Shown piece by piece: positions 39,101 through 49,052 of a stretch of 64,000 nucleotides of DNA; the first letter of the stretch is position 1; each line of letters opens with the position of its first letter. The stretch covers positions 608,001 through 672,000 of the forward strand of contig CAVSGM010000003.1 of assembly GCA_963727485.1 (NCBI GenBank), read 5' to 3'. Below the pieces are notes generated by a model. That model had not been told where the DNA came from and searched no databases. It was given only the letters and a program-made list of their open reading frames with translations. The DNA is from an uncultured delta proteobacterium (GTDB lineage Bacteria; Myxococcota; Myxococcia; SLRQ01). The position numbers and the translations under genes were made by a program.

Positions 39101-39219
39101 GGGTAGGCGTCCACCGGCATGGTGTGGAACGCCCAGAACCCGGCCACCAGGACCGCCAGCGCCGCGGCGATGACCACGAAGCGCTGGCGAAGGGCGGTGC
39201 CAATGAGCTTGTGGATCAT
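36139..39219 (-). CDS. czcA: Heavy-metal efflux RND permease (CzcA/CusA family)
   Basis: MPVDAYPDLSPP, EEVERLITIP, LGAVDFGILVDAGVIMVEN and RLRPILITALVA. Confidence 0.92.
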   Translation of the reverse strand: MIHKLIGTALRQRFVVIAAALAVLVAGFWAFHTMPVDAYPDLSPPDVEIVTQWPGHAAEEVERLITIPLETAFNGTPGLEVQRSISLYGLSSIHLVFKYKSDPYFNREQIHQRMGDADLPDGVSPSMSPLASPSGLIYRYVLDSPDRSPQELKVIQDWVLYRRYKAIPGVADDSGFGGTTRQYQVVLDPNALNTYHVGVADVVSALGSSNQNAGGGFYQQGGQFYYVRGLGRLKDLPDIGNVVVATHNGIPIRVKNLGKVRLGHAPRLGEFGYMKRNDAVEGVIFLRTGDAAQTVLRAVRKMTTYLNAHVLPRDVRIHPFYDRTDLIELTTRTVEHNLVLGILLVTLILMLFLRSFRTGLIVAATIPLALATAFLLLKGRHVPVNLLSLGAVDFGILVDAGVIMVENIFRELGERNAAGASTAMSQVLLGAANDVGRPIFYATAVMIAGYLPIYALTGPSARLFSPMADTVVFALLGTLLFSLTLLPVLSSLFLKNVRDSEGRIFHRFKGWYLKTLDRCLAHPRITLGVGVVALALSSLTLLGIGSEFMPKLDEGALWVRATMPYTISFNKAKEIGPEIRQVLMGFPQVTTVSSELGRPDDGTDPTGFYNVEFYVGLKPYDQWKGGIRSKDALIAAMGDKLKRFPGIIFNYTQPAEDAVDEASTGLKSALAVKVFGPDLHRLQKIADKIKDAITPVRGISHVTIVRELGQPSLDVKIDRKKLARYGVDVDTVNGLIEAAVGGVPATQVIQGERAFDLVVRMGKRFRDNPEAIGRLLVTTPSGQRLPLSTFATLKVGQGASFIYREGGARYIGVQFSVVGRDLGSAVAAARKAVKQAVPLPTGYELKWGGEYSDYLAAKHEMFFIVPLTLVLIFLIIFALYGNLKYPVLIALSVILTMPEGGLLALWLAHTNLSVSSGLGFLALFGISVQTGVIYISYANKLRLGGASIEEATRQSAAVRLRPILITALVACVGLLPAAFSHAIGSDSQRPFAQVVVGGLLSRVALSIFLLPVLYRWISRKGDRLEV

Positions 39220-40323
39220 CTAGCGCTCCAGGGAGTCGGCGAACTGGACGAAGAGGGCGCCGTCGCCGAGGACGTGCTCCCCGGGCTTCAGGCCCTTGGT
39301 GACGATGGCGTCGCCGCCGACCTGGTCGCCGAGGGTGACGTGGCGGCGGGCGAAGGTGCCGGGGGCGCCGGACTCGACGTAGACGAAGGGCAGGTTGTCC
39401 TCGTCGCGGAGCACCGCGGACTCGGGGATGAGGAGCGTCTTCTCCGGGGTCGCCGGCTCAATCGCGGCGTTGACGTACTGGCCGGACTTGAGGAGCCCGC
39501 CGGGGTTCTCGGTGGAGATGCGCACCGGCACCGTGAGGGTGTCGGGGTCGATGGAGGCACCGATGTAGGTCACCTTGCCGGTCAGCGGCCCGTCGAGGAC
39601 CGGGGAGCGGATCACGGCGACGTCGCCCACCGACACCCGGCGCAGGTCCTCCTGGTAGAGCTGGCCCATCACCCACATCGCCGAGGGATCGGTGATGGTG
39701 AAGCAGGCGGTGCTCCCGGCGTCCACCGCGTCGCCCACGGCGATCTTCCGGTCGACCACCACCCCGGCGATCGGCGAGCGGAGGAAGGCGTGGCCGGCCC
39801 CGGAGCCGGTGATCCGCACCCGGCGCTGGTCGGTGTCCACGGTGGCCTGGGCGCTCTCCACGTCGAGCTGGGCCTGCTGCAGGGCCTCGAGGGAGATGGC
39901 CTTGTGCGCATAGAGGTCCTGGTCCCGGGCGAGGATCGCCTGGGCCACCTTCAGCGCCGCCTGGTCGCGCTTGAGGGCGGCGGCGGAGTCGGAGGAGTCG
40001 GGGCTGGCGATGGAGAGGAGCCTTTGGCCGACCTTCACCGTATCGCCCTCCCGGACCAGGACCTTGTCGACCTTGCCGCTGACCAGCGGCATCACCTCGC
40101 TGGTCTTGAGGTCGTCGAACTGCACCACCGCCGGGACCACCAGGGGCCGGCGCACGGCCTTGGCCGCGACGGTGACCAGCTTGAGGTGGCCGAGCTGGGC
40201 CTGGGGCACGGTGAAGAGCGAGGCGTGCTCGTTCCGGGTCACCTTGGGGTTGGTGCCCTGGGGGCCGCTGCAGGCGGCGACGAGGGCGAGGACGAGGGAA
40301 GCGGTCAGGGTACGCAAGCTCAT
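39220..40323 (-). CDS. czcB: RND periplasmic adaptor subunit (CzcB/CusB family), lipoprotein
   Basis: Lipobox VAAC. GKVDKVLVREGDTVKVGQ and LRSPIAGVVVDR (lipoyl/hairpin). ATG 40323 overlaps the tolC stop. Confidence 0.9.
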   Translation of the reverse strand: MSLRTLTASLVLALVAACSGPQGTNPKVTRNEHASLFTVPQAQLGHLKLVTVAAKAVRRPLVVPAVVQFDDLKTSEVMPLVSGKVDKVLVREGDTVKVGQRLLSIASPDSSDSAAALKRDQAALKVAQAILARDQDLYAHKAISLEALQQAQLDVESAQATVDTDQRRVRITGSGAGHAFLRSPIAGVVVDRKIAVGDAVDAGSTACFTITDPSAMWVMGQLYQEDLRRVSVGDVAVIRSPVLDGPLTGKVTYIGASIDPDTLTVPVRISTENPGGLLKSGQYVNAAIEPATPEKTLLIPESAVLRDEDNLPFVYVESGAPGTFARRHVTLGDQVGGDAIVTKGLKPGEHVLGDGALFVQFADSLER

Positions 40324-41609
40324 GGCGTGTCCTCCCCGGCGATGAACCGGAGGGTGGCCGCGGCCAGCATCGTGCGCGCCAGGGAAGCGCGGTAGGCGAT
40401 CTCCACCTGGCGATAGCTGTCCTCGGCGTCGAGGTAATCGAGGAGGGAGCCGCTGCCCAGGTCGTAGGCGCGGCGGCTGATGTCGAGGGATTGCCGGGCG
40501 GCGTCGAGGAGGTGCCCGGTGTAGGCGGCGAGCTGGGCCTTGGCGGTCTGCCACTCGCTCACCGCCTTTCTGGCGTTGGCGGCGATCTGGAGGCGCAGCT
40601 TCTCGGTGGTGAGCCGCGCCTGGGAGGCGGCGGCCTCGGCGGCGGTGACGTTGCCCTGGTTCCGGTCGAAGATCGGCAGGGGCACCGAGAGGGCGAGGTC
40701 GTAGTTGCCGGCGCCCGTGGGGTCGGTGTTGTAGTTCACCGCCACGTCGAGGTCGGGGATGGGCTGGCGCCGCGCCTGGTCGAGGAGGGCGTCGGCCGCC
40801 TGGGCGTCGGCCTTCAGGGCCAGGTAGTCCGAGCGGTGGGCCAGCGCCGTCCGGTAGAGGGCGGTGGCGTCCGTCGGGGCCTGGGTGGGGGGCGCCGCCA
40901 GGGACCCGGCGAGGGTGAAGCCCGGGGCCAGGACGTCCTCGCCCACCAGCGCCCGGAGATCCGCCCGGGCGCCGACCAGGGCCTCCTTCGCCTCGCGGAC
41001 CGTGTCGTCCTCGGCGAGGGCCTGGATGCGCAGCTTGAGGACCTCGCCATAGGCGATCTTGCCGTCCCGGTAGCGCAGCTCGTTGAGGGCCAGCGACTGG
41101 CCGAACCGCGCGCGGGCCTGCTGCTCGAAGTCGAGCTGCGCCTCGTCGAGGAGGACGGTGACGAAGGCGGTCTCGACCTGGAGCACCAGCTGGCGGCGGG
41201 TGGCGCGGCGGGTGGCGCGGGCGGCGTCGAGGCCCGCCTTGGCCGCGTCGATCCCGGCGCCGCGCTTGCCCCCGATGGGGATGGGCCACTCGAGGCCGAA
41301 CTGGTTGGGGATGGGCGCGCCGGCCGGGGAGATCCCGGTGCCGCCCGCGGCGACGGTGAGGCTGGGGTTGGGCAGCACCGACGCCTGGACCAGCGCCCCC
41401 CGGGCGGCGACCACGTCGTAGTCGGACGACCGGCTGTCGGGGTTGTGGGCCAGCGCCAGCTTCACCGCCTGCTTCAGGCCAAGGTGGTGGGCCGGGGTGT
41501 CGGTGGCGGGGGTGGGGGGACGGCCGTCCCCGGGGGCCGCGGCGTGGGCGGCGAGGGGGACGACGAGGAGAACGGAGGCGAGGGCGGGGCCCAGGCACGA
41601 CGAACGCAT
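40320..41609 (-). CDS. czcC: TolC family outer-membrane efflux protein (CzcC-like)
   Basis: ALAHNP, LPNPSL, VPLPIFDRNQG and YDLGSGSLLDYLDAE. Confidence 0.9.
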   Translation of the reverse strand: MRSSCLGPALASVLLVVPLAAHAAAPGDGRPPTPATDTPAHHLGLKQAVKLALAHNPDSRSSDYDVVAARGALVQASVLPNPSLTVAAGGTGISPAGAPIPNQFGLEWPIPIGGKRGAGIDAAKAGLDAARATRRATRRQLVLQVETAFVTVLLDEAQLDFEQQARARFGQSLALNELRYRDGKIAYGEVLKLRIQALAEDDTVREAKEALVGARADLRALVGEDVLAPGFTLAGSLAAPPTQAPTDATALYRTALAHRSDYLALKADAQAADALLDQARRQPIPDLDVAVNYNTDPTGAGNYDLALSVPLPIFDRNQGNVTAAEAAASQARLTTEKLRLQIAANARKAVSEWQTAKAQLAAYTGHLLDAARQSLDISRRAYDLGSGSLLDYLDAEDSYRQVEIAYRASLARTMLAAATLRFIAGEDTP

Positions 41610-41721
41610 GAGGCGCTCCCGATGGGCGCCGGTGGCGGATCGACCGCGAGGTGGATCCGTCCCCGGACGCGGGACCTTGGGGTCATCCGGCCGTGGGCGG
41701 CCGGACGTCAGACGCGGCAGG

Positions 41722-42108
41722 TCAGGCCGCGGGGGGGCCGTGCTTGGGCGCCCGGTCGAGGATCGCCCGGCCCGCCGCCGGGGCGGCGGGGGCGCGGGCG
41801 AGGGCCGGGCGGGGGGGCGGCGCGGTGGCGACGACCGCGCCCACCGGGCGGGTCACCGGCCGCATCGCCGCGAGGACCGGGCAGCGGCTGCCGGCGTCGG
41901 CCGGATCGTCGTGACCCCGGGAGACCCCGTGGCGGGTGGGCCCGGTGGCCTGGGCCGACCGGCCGTCGAGGTCCTCGATGTGGTGGTGGACCGGACACCA
42001 GCGGTGCTCGGTGGTGGCGAAGTGGAGATCGCCAGCCAGGGGCACCAGCCCCAGCATCACGGCCACCAGGGCCGCGGCGGGGCGCAGGGTCTTGAGGGAA
42101 CGGGTCAC
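41722..42108 (-). CDS. Small His/Cys-rich exported protein upstream of czcCBA (CzcI/DUF2946-like)
   Basis: Hydrophobic N-terminus, HFATTEHRWCPVHHH...RCPV, Ala/Pro linker and C-terminal RAPKHGPP. Start inferred at GTG 42108. Confidence 0.6.
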   Translation of the reverse strand: MTRSLKTLRPAAALVAVMLGLVPLAGDLHFATTEHRWCPVHHHIEDLDGRSAQATGPTRHGVSRGHDDPADAGSRCPVLAAMRPVTRPVGAVVATAPPPRPALARAPAAPAAGRAILDRAPKHGPPAA

Positions 42109-42280
42109 GGGGGTCCGACTCCGAGCCTCATCCCCTAGGCCGCCGACGGCCCTCGTGTCAAGGGACGACCCGGCGGTCCGCTTCTTGTCCCCAGGCCCGG
42201 GATGGCCTACAAAGTGACCGGTCCGCCCGGGGCCGGACGGTCCCTCCGGGGAGCGCCGGTGACGGGCCGCCACCCCGAGG

Positions 42281-44938
42281 ATGTCCATGGAAGATCCCAA
42301 GGATCCCGGGTCCGGGACCGGGCCCGAGACACCGGACGCGACGCCCCCCGCCGCGCCCGCCGCCGCTTCGGACACCGAGGTCGAGCGCGTGGGCGAGGGC
42401 CTCGAGCTCGAGCACCCGAGGCCCCGTCGCCGGTGGAGCTTCAAGCGCCGCCTGCTCATCTTCGGCGGCGGCGGGCTCCTGGCCCTGGGGCTCCTGGGCT
42501 TCCTCGGGGCCTGGAGCGTCGTCTGGTACTACTCCGACGACCCGAGCCTCCCGGCGTTCCACGGCCTGAAGGACTACCGGCCGCCGCTGGTCACCGACGT
42601 CTACTCGGGCTCCAACCAGCTCATCGGCGAGTTCTACAACGAGCGCCGGCGCCTGGTGCCCTATGACCGGATCCCCAAGAAGCTGGTCCAGGCGTTCATC
42701 GCCACCGAGGACACCCGCTTCTTCGACCACCCGGGCATCGATCCCATCGGCATCGGCAAGGCGATCCTCGACAAGCTCCTCCACGGCGGCAAGCTCCGCG
42801 GCGCCTCCACCCTCACCCAGCAGACGGCCAAGGCCATCCTGATGTCGCGCTGGGGCTTCGAGAAGGCCACCGCCCGCAGCCTCCACCGGAAGATCATCGA
42901 GATGATCCTCGCCTTCCGGCTGGAGAAGATCTTCTCCAAGGAGCAGATCCTCGACATCTACCTGAACCACGTCTACCTGGGCCACCACGCCTACGGGGTC
43001 CAGAGCGCCGCCGAGAACTACTTCCGCAAGAACGTCTGGGACCTCTCGCTGGGGGAGATGGCGCTGCTCGCCGGCCTGCCCCAGGCGCCCAGCGCCTACT
43101 CGCCCTACTCGAACCCCGAGGCGGCGAAGAAGCGCCGGGCCCACGTCCTGGAGCGGATGTACCACGAGGGCATGATCACCGAGGGCGAGCGCGACGCCGC
43201 CAACGCCGAGCCGGTGCACGCCTACCAGGTGGCCGACGTCTTCCACGACACCGCGCCCTTCTTCACCGAGCACGTGCGCCGGACCCTGGTCGACCGCTAC
43301 GGCGACAGCCGGGTCCTCAACGACGGGCTGCAGGTCTACACCACCGTCGACCTGGAGAAGCAGCGCTACGCCCAGGAGACCATGATCCAGGGCCTGCGCG
43401 AGGACGACAAGCGCCAGGGCTACTCCGGGCCCCTCTACCGCGTGCCCCACGCCCAGTGGAAGAAGTTCGCCCACACCTACGAGACCAAGGTCCTCCACGG
43501 CCGTCCCCTCGAGGTCGGCAGGTTCTACGTGGCCCTGGTCACCCGGGTCACGGCCAACGAGGCCAGGGTCGAGGTGGGGCGCACCCGGGGCGTGCTGCCG
43601 CTGGTGGGGATGCGCTGGGCCCACGCGCCCAACCCCGAGCTCTACTACCCCACCTCGCTCATCGACGACTGCCGCAAGGCGCTCAAGCGCGGGGACGCCA
43701 TCCTGGTCCGCCGGGTCACCAAGGACAGCTACCCCACCGACGATCCCCAGTACCTCAAGGGCGTCCCCGGTGACGGCACCCCGCTCTTCTCCCTGGAGCA
43801 GGAGCCCGAGCTCCAGGGCGCCATGGTCTCCCTCGACCCCAACTCCGGGTACGTGGTCGCGATGATGGGCGGCCTCGACTTCGACCTCTCCGAGTACAAC
43901 CGCGCCTTCCAGTCCTGCCGTCAGCCGGGCAGCGCCTTCAAGCCGCTGTACTACTCGGCGGCCATCGCCAACCTCAACTGGACCCCGTCGACCATCATCG
44001 TCGACTCGCCCATCGTCTTCGACGACCCGTCCACCCAGCTGCGGTGGAAGCCCGACAACTACGAGAACAGCTTCAAGGGCGACGTCACCATGCGCACGGC
44101 GCTGGTGCACTCCATGAACGTCCCCTCGGTGAAGGTGCTGCAGGCGGTGGGCATCAACAAGGCGGTGGCCTGGGCCCACCAGCTCGGGATCACCACCGAC
44201 ATCAAGAAGAACCTCTCCATCGCCCTGGGGAGCTCGTGTGTCACCCTCTACGACCTGACCAAGGTCTACGCCCTCTTCGATCGCTACGGGAAGCGGGTGA
44301 AGCCCACCTTCATCCGCCGGGTGGTCGACCGCGACGGCAACGCCCTCGAGGACCGCACCGTCTACTTCGATCCCTGGGCGGGGCTCAAGGAGCGCATCGG
44401 CGCCGGCTACGCGCGCCTCTTCGAGCGCCCGCGCCAGGTCATCCCCGAGACCGCGGCGTTCCTCACCACCCAGCTGCTGCGCCAGGTGGTCCTCCACGGC
44501 ACCGGCGCCCGGGCCCAGCGCCTGGGCAAGCCCGCGGCGGGGAAGACCGGGACCACCAACGACTCCTTCGACGCCTGGTTCATGGGCTTCACCCGCGACC
44601 TCGTCACCGGGGTGTGGATCGGCTACGACACCTACGAGCACCCCATGGGGCGCTACGAGACCGGGAGCCGCGCCGCCCTGCCCATCTGGCTCGACTACAT
44701 GCAGAAGGCGCTCGCCGACCGGGACCAGGCCGACTTCGATCCGCCGGCGGACATCGCCGACAAGATCGTCACCGTCGACGTCGACGCCGAGACCGGGAAG
44801 CTCTTCAACCCCAAGCTCAAGCGCGACCACGTGAAGATGGACTTCCTCAAGGGCACCGAGCCCACCGAGATGGAAGGCGAGACCAAGGTCTCCGGCACCG
44901 GGTCCAGCGACTTCTTCATGCACGACTCCGGGCTCTGA
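42281..44938 (+). CDS. mrcA: Penicillin-binding protein 1A (transglycosylase/transpeptidase)
   Basis: EDTRFFDHPG, GASTLTQQ, RQPGSAFKP (SxxK), SMN (SxN) and KTGTTND. Confidence 0.95.
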   Translation: MSMEDPKDPGSGTGPETPDATPPAAPAAASDTEVERVGEGLELEHPRPRRRWSFKRRLLIFGGGGLLALGLLGFLGAWSVVWYYSDDPSLPAFHGLKDYRPPLVTDVYSGSNQLIGEFYNERRRLVPYDRIPKKLVQAFIATEDTRFFDHPGIDPIGIGKAILDKLLHGGKLRGASTLTQQTAKAILMSRWGFEKATARSLHRKIIEMILAFRLEKIFSKEQILDIYLNHVYLGHHAYGVQSAAENYFRKNVWDLSLGEMALLAGLPQAPSAYSPYSNPEAAKKRRAHVLERMYHEGMITEGERDAANAEPVHAYQVADVFHDTAPFFTEHVRRTLVDRYGDSRVLNDGLQVYTTVDLEKQRYAQETMIQGLREDDKRQGYSGPLYRVPHAQWKKFAHTYETKVLHGRPLEVGRFYVALVTRVTANEARVEVGRTRGVLPLVGMRWAHAPNPELYYPTSLIDDCRKALKRGDAILVRRVTKDSYPTDDPQYLKGVPGDGTPLFSLEQEPELQGAMVSLDPNSGYVVAMMGGLDFDLSEYNRAFQSCRQPGSAFKPLYYSAAIANLNWTPSTIIVDSPIVFDDPSTQLRWKPDNYENSFKGDVTMRTALVHSMNVPSVKVLQAVGINKAVAWAHQLGITTDIKKNLSIALGSSCVTLYDLTKVYALFDRYGKRVKPTFIRRVVDRDGNALEDRTVYFDPWAGLKERIGAGYARLFERPRQVIPETAAFLTTQLLRQVVLHGTGARAQRLGKPAAGKTGTTNDSFDAWFMGFTRDLVTGVWIGYDTYEHPMGRYETGSRAALPIWLDYMQKALADRDQADFDPPADIADKIVTVDVDAETGKLFNPKLKRDHVKMDFLKGTEPTEMEGETKVSGTGSSDFFMHDSGL

Positions 44939-44990
44939 GGCGGGGGTCAGAGGCCGGGAGGTCCGGCGGGCCCTGGCGCCCCGAGGGCGC

Positions 44991-46019
44991 TCACAGGCCC
45001 CAGTAGGGAGACAGGGCCAGGCGCACCCGGCTCGCCGTGCGCCGGGCGGCCTCCGAGGGCTCGCCGAGGTCGCCTGGATCCTCGGCCCCGCCGGTCATCA
45101 CCGTGAGCCCCGCCCGCACCCCGGCGACGAGCCCCGAGAGGTCGTAGCCCCCCTCGAGGGCGTAGACGATCCGCCCCCGGCAGTGCCGCCGCGCCCAGGC
45201 CTGGTAGAGGCCGAAGAGGGCGCGGTAGCCGGCGGCGGTCATCCGCATGCCCCCCAGGGGATCGAGGTGCCAGGTGTCGAAGCCCGCGGAGACCAGGATC
45301 AGGTCCGGGCGGTAGACGTCGACCAGGGGCTCGACCACCGCCTGGTAGAGGTGGAGGAAGTCCGCGTCGCCCATCCCCGGGGGGAGCGGGAGGTTGACGG
45401 TGTAGCCCTCGCCCTCGCCGGCGCCCACCTCGTCGACCCAGCCGGTGCCCGGGTAGAAGGGGTGGCGGTGGGTCGACACGTAGAGGACGTCCCGCCGGCG
45501 CCAGAAGGCGCGCTGGGTCCCGTTGCCGTGGTGGACGTCCGGGTCGAGGACCAGGACCCGCTCGCGTCCCCGCTCGGCGATGGCGTGGGCGGCGGCGACG
45601 GCGACGTTGTTGAAGAGGCAGAAGCCCATGGCGGCGTCGGCCTCGGCGTGGTGCCCCGGGGGGCGCACCAGGGCGAAGGCCCCGGCGGCCGTCCCGTCCA
45701 TCACCGCGTCGACCCCCTGGCACACCGCCCCGGCGGCGAGACGGGCGGCCCGGTAGGAGCCGGCGCTGGCGCAGGTGTCCGGGTCGAGCCAGGTCTCGGG
45801 GACCCCCTCGGTGGCGGCGATCCGGGCGACGTAGCCGGCGTCGTGGATCCGGAGCAGGGCGGCGTCGCTGATCGCCCGGGGGGCGGCGGTGACGGTGCCC
45901 GGGACGGGGTGGGCGTCGAGGTCGGCGTGGACCGCCCGGAGGCGCTCGGGACGCTCCGGGTGCCCCGGTCCCGGCCGATGGTCGAGGAAGGCGTCGTCGC
46001 GGAGGACCAGGACGTCCAC
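44991..46019 (-). CDS. Histone deacetylase family (AcuC/HdaH-like) amidohydrolase
   Basis: HPERPERL, RPPGHHA, GFCLFNNVA, DVHHGNGTQ, SAGFD and LEGGY. Confidence 0.95.
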   Translation of the reverse strand: MDVLVLRDDAFLDHRPGPGHPERPERLRAVHADLDAHPVPGTVTAAPRAISDAALLRIHDAGYVARIAATEGVPETWLDPDTCASAGSYRAARLAAGAVCQGVDAVMDGTAAGAFALVRPPGHHAEADAAMGFCLFNNVAVAAAHAIAERGRERVLVLDPDVHHGNGTQRAFWRRRDVLYVSTHRHPFYPGTGWVDEVGAGEGEGYTVNLPLPPGMGDADFLHLYQAVVEPLVDVYRPDLILVSAGFDTWHLDPLGGMRMTAAGYRALFGLYQAWARRHCRGRIVYALEGGYDLSGLVAGVRAGLTVMTGGAEDPGDLGEPSEAARRTASRVRLALSPYWGL

Positions 46020-46103
46020 CTCGTCAGCCTATGCGCCGGTCCCGGGTGCGGGCAAATCCTGCGGGGAGAATCGCAAAAAGCCTTGTGTTGTCGCACGCTT
46101 TTG

Positions 46104-46133
46104 TTGACCGGTGCGCGCGCCGTCGCCTATCAT
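46104..46133 (+). promoter_or_regulatory. Putative sigma70 promoter of the MCP gene, with AT-rich upstream element
   Basis: TTGACC (46104-46109), 18 nt spacer, TATCAT (46128-46133). AT-rich imperfect inverted repeat at 46075-46103. Confidence 0.55.
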
Positions 46134-46248
46134 CGCCAGGATCCGGAGGCCCGCCCGTACAGGGGGCGGCCCGTCGAGACGCCCACCTCCCAGAGTGCCC
46201 ACCCGGGCCCGGGTCCCGCCCCCGCGGACCGGGTCGAGGATGCGATCG

Positions 46249-48339
46249 ATGATGAAGCTGCTCCAGCGTTTGGGTCTCAAGTACAACCTGATGTTCGGGC
46301 ACGCCGTCCTCCTCCTGGTGGCGGCGGCGTACCCGGCCTGGTACCTGGGCAGCCAGGTCGACGACATCCTCCAGGCGAGCCTCGCGCGCCGGGGGCAGTC
46401 CATCGTGGCGGAGATGTCGGCACGGGCGGCGGTTCCCCTCCTGCAGCAGAGCCCCGAGGAGGCGAGCCGGGTGGTGGACGACGCCTTCCTCGACGATGAC
46501 GCGGCGTTCGCCGCCGTGGTTGCCGCCGACGGTCGCGTCCTCGCCCAGCGGTCGGGCCGGGGCTTCTCCGAGGATCCCAAGGCGGTGATCGACGCGGCGA
46601 AGACCGCGGTCGGGGCCGCGCCGGTCAACCAGGGTGACTACCTGCGCCTGGCCCGGGCGGTGAGCGGGAGCGCGCTGAAGGCCGCCACCGGCCGGGGCAG
46701 CGGCCACACCGAGGGCTACGTGGTGTTGGTGGTCTCCAAGGCGGGGGTGAAGTCCTCGGTCCACGCGGTGGCCTTCTCCCTGGTGGCGTCGCTGCTCGCC
46801 ATCGCCCTGCTCTTCTTCGTGGCGTCGTACTTCATGACCCGGTCCCTGGTGCTGCGGCCCCTGGCCACCATGAAGGCCGCCGCCTACCGCCTCGCCGACC
46901 TCGACCTCACCGGCCGCGCCGAGAAGTACACCGACGACGAGCTGGGGGAGATGTCCGACGCCCTCAACCGCATCGGCGGCAACCTCCACGGGGTGGTGGG
47001 CCGGGTCCAGGGGGTCACCGGCTCCCTGGCCTCGGTCTCCGAGCGCGTGGCCCGCACCAGCGAGACGGTGGCCCAGGGCGCCACCGCCACCGCCACCGGC
47101 GTGGAGCAGACCAGCTCCTCGATGCAGGAGATGCTGGCGAGCCTCAAGGGCATCGCCGAGAACGTCGAGGTCCTGGCCCAGAGCGCCGAGGAGTCGAGCT
47201 CGAGCATCCTGGAGATGGCGGCCACCAACGACGAGGTGGCCCAGAACATCGCCTCCCTGGCGGCGAGCGTCGAGGAGACCACCACCGCCATCGAGCAGAT
47301 GACCTACTCCATCAAGGAGGTCGCCCAGAACGTCGAGGACCTCTCCTCCACCGCCGAGGAGACCAGCTCCTCGATGAACGAGATGGACGTCTCCATCGGG
47401 CAGGTCGAGTCCAACGCCAACGAGACCGCCAAGCTCGCCGAGCAGGTCTCCGCCGACGCCCAGACGGCGACCGGGGCCCTGTCCAAGACCATCGACGGCA
47501 TCGACAAGATCCGCGAGTCGTCCCAGACGGCGGCCGACGTCATCGAGACCCTGGGCCAGAAGATCGCCACCATCGGCAACATCCTCAACGTCATCGACGA
47601 CGTCGCCGAGCAGACCAACCTCCTGGCGCTGAACGCCGCCATCATCGCCGCCCAGGCCGGTGAGCACGGCAAGGGCTTCGCGGTGGTCGCCGACGAGATC
47701 AAGGACCTCGCCGAGCGCACCGGCGCCTCCACCAAGGAGATCGCCGACCTCATCCGCTCGGTGCAGGACGAGTCCCGGAACGCCATCAGCGCCATGGAGC
47801 GCGGGGTCAAGAGCGTCGACGAGGGCGTCCGCCTCTCGGGCGAGGCCGAGAAGGCCCTGCAGCAGATCACCGCCTCGGCGGGCAAGGCCACCCAGATGGT
47901 CAAGGCCATCGCCCGGGCCACGGTGGAGCAGGCCCGGGGCTCCAAGCAGGTCACCGGGGCCATCAACCGCATCGCCGAGACCGTCCAGGAGATCGCCCGG
48001 GCCACCAGCGAGCAGGCCCGGGGCTCCGAGCAGATCATGAAGTCCGCCGAGCGGATGAAGATCATCACCAAGCACGTGGAGCGCTCGAGCCAGGAGCAGA
48101 GCCGGGGCTCCAAGCAGATCACCCAGGCCATCGAGTCGATCTCCGAGATGGTCCAGCAGCTCAACCGCGCCCAGAAGGAGCAGACCAAGGGCGCCGAGCA
48201 GGTGATGCTGGCGGTGGAGAACATCAAGGAGGCCACCGACGTCCAGGGCGCCAGCGTCAAGGACCTGGAGAACGCGGTGGACACCCTCGCCGAGCAGGCC
48301 GACGTCCTCCGGGGCGAGGTCCGGCGGTTCCAGACCTGA
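46249..48339 (+). CDS. Methyl-accepting chemotaxis protein (2 TM, HAMP, very long signalling domain)
   Basis: [39 protein letters not shown] hairpin tip. DELGEM HAMP motif. Start ATG 46240 or 46249. Confidence 0.93.
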   Translation: MMKLLQRLGLKYNLMFGHAVLLLVAAAYPAWYLGSQVDDILQASLARRGQSIVAEMSARAAVPLLQQSPEEASRVVDDAFLDDDAAFAAVVAADGRVLAQRSGRGFSEDPKAVIDAAKTAVGAAPVNQGDYLRLARAVSGSALKAATGRGSGHTEGYVVLVVSKAGVKSSVHAVAFSLVASLLAIALLFFVASYFMTRSLVLRPLATMKAAAYRLADLDLTGRAEKYTDDELGEMSDALNRIGGNLHGVVGRVQGVTGSLASVSERVARTSETVAQGATATATGVEQTSSSMQEMLASLKGIAENVEVLAQSAEESSSSILEMAATNDEVAQNIASLAASVEETTTAIEQMTYSIKEVAQNVEDLSSTAEETSSSMNEMDVSIGQVESNANETAKLAEQVSADAQTATGALSKTIDGIDKIRESSQTAADVIETLGQKIATIGNILNVIDDVAEQTNLLALNAAIIAAQAGEHGKGFAVVADEIKDLAERTGASTKEIADLIRSVQDESRNAISAMERGVKSVDEGVRLSGEAEKALQQITASAGKATQMVKAIARATVEQARGSKQVTGAINRIAETVQEIARATSEQARGSEQIMKSAERMKIITKHVERSSQEQSRGSKQITQAIESISEMVQQLNRAQKEQTKGAEQVMLAVENIKEATDVQGASVKDLENAVDTLAEQADVLRGEVRRFQT

Positions 48340-48356
48340 GCGGGCGGGGCGGCGGG

Positions 48357-49052
48357 CTATCCGGGGTCGTCCGGGTCGGTCACGGCCCACGATCCCTGGC
48401 GGGTGGGTTGCGCCAGCGCCGCCTCCAGGGCCCGGGTGAACTCGGGCCGGGGCCAGAGCACGGCCCCGAGCGACAGGAGGTGGGGCGTGGGCACCTGGCA
48501 GTCGACGAAGGCGAAGTCCCAGCCTCGGAGGCGCTCGACCAGGGTGGCCAGCGCCACCTTGGAGGCGTTGTCGGCCTCATGGAACATCGACTCCCCGAAG
48601 AACGCCCCGCCCAGGGAGACGCCATAGAGCCCCCCGACCAGGCGCCCCTCCTGGCGCGCCTCCACCGAGTGGGCGAGGCCCCGGCGGTGGAGCGCGACGT
48701 AGGCCCGGCGCATCTCCGAGGTGATCCAGGTGCCGTCCTGCCCGGGCCGGGGCACCGAGGCGCAGGCGTCGATCACCGCCTCGAACTCCGTGTCGTAGGT
48801 GACCTCGAAGCGTCGGCGCGCCTTGCGCAGGCTCCGGGACACCACCAGGGCGTCCAGGGGGAGGACGCAGCGGGGGTCGGGGGCGTGCCACAGGATGGGC
48901 AACCCCTCATTATACCAAGGGAAGATGCCCATGGCGTAGGCGGCGACCAGGCGCTCGGGCGTGAGGTCGCCCCCGACCGCCAACAGCCCGGTGTCGTCGG
49001 CGAGCTCGGGGTCGGGGAAGGCGATTTCCTCATTCAGGCGGAAGACCGGCAC
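48357..49052 (-). CDS. aat: Leucyl/phenylalanyl-tRNA--protein transferase
   Basis: [41 protein letters not shown] and NASKVAL. Start inferred at GTG 49052 (MPVFRL). Confidence 0.95.
   Translation of the reverse strand: MPVFRLNEEIAFPDPELADDTGLLAVGGDLTPERLVAAYAMGIFPWYNEGLPILWHAPDPRCVLPLDALVVSRSLRKARRRFEVTYDTEFEAVIDACASVPRPGQDGTWITSEMRRAYVALHRRGLAHSVEARQEGRLVGGLYGVSLGGAFFGESMFHEADNASKVALATLVERLRGWDFAFVDCQVPTPHLLSLGAVLWPRPEFTRALEAALAQPTRQGSWAVTDPDDPG

Noticed and set aside
46050..46103. Possible c-di-GMP-I riboswitch before the MCP gene (GGGCAAA...CGCAAA..GCC)
   Set aside because: No GNRA tetraloop/receptor or proper P2/P3 stems. The segment lies upstream of the predicted -35/-10, so it would not be transcribed with the MCP gene.
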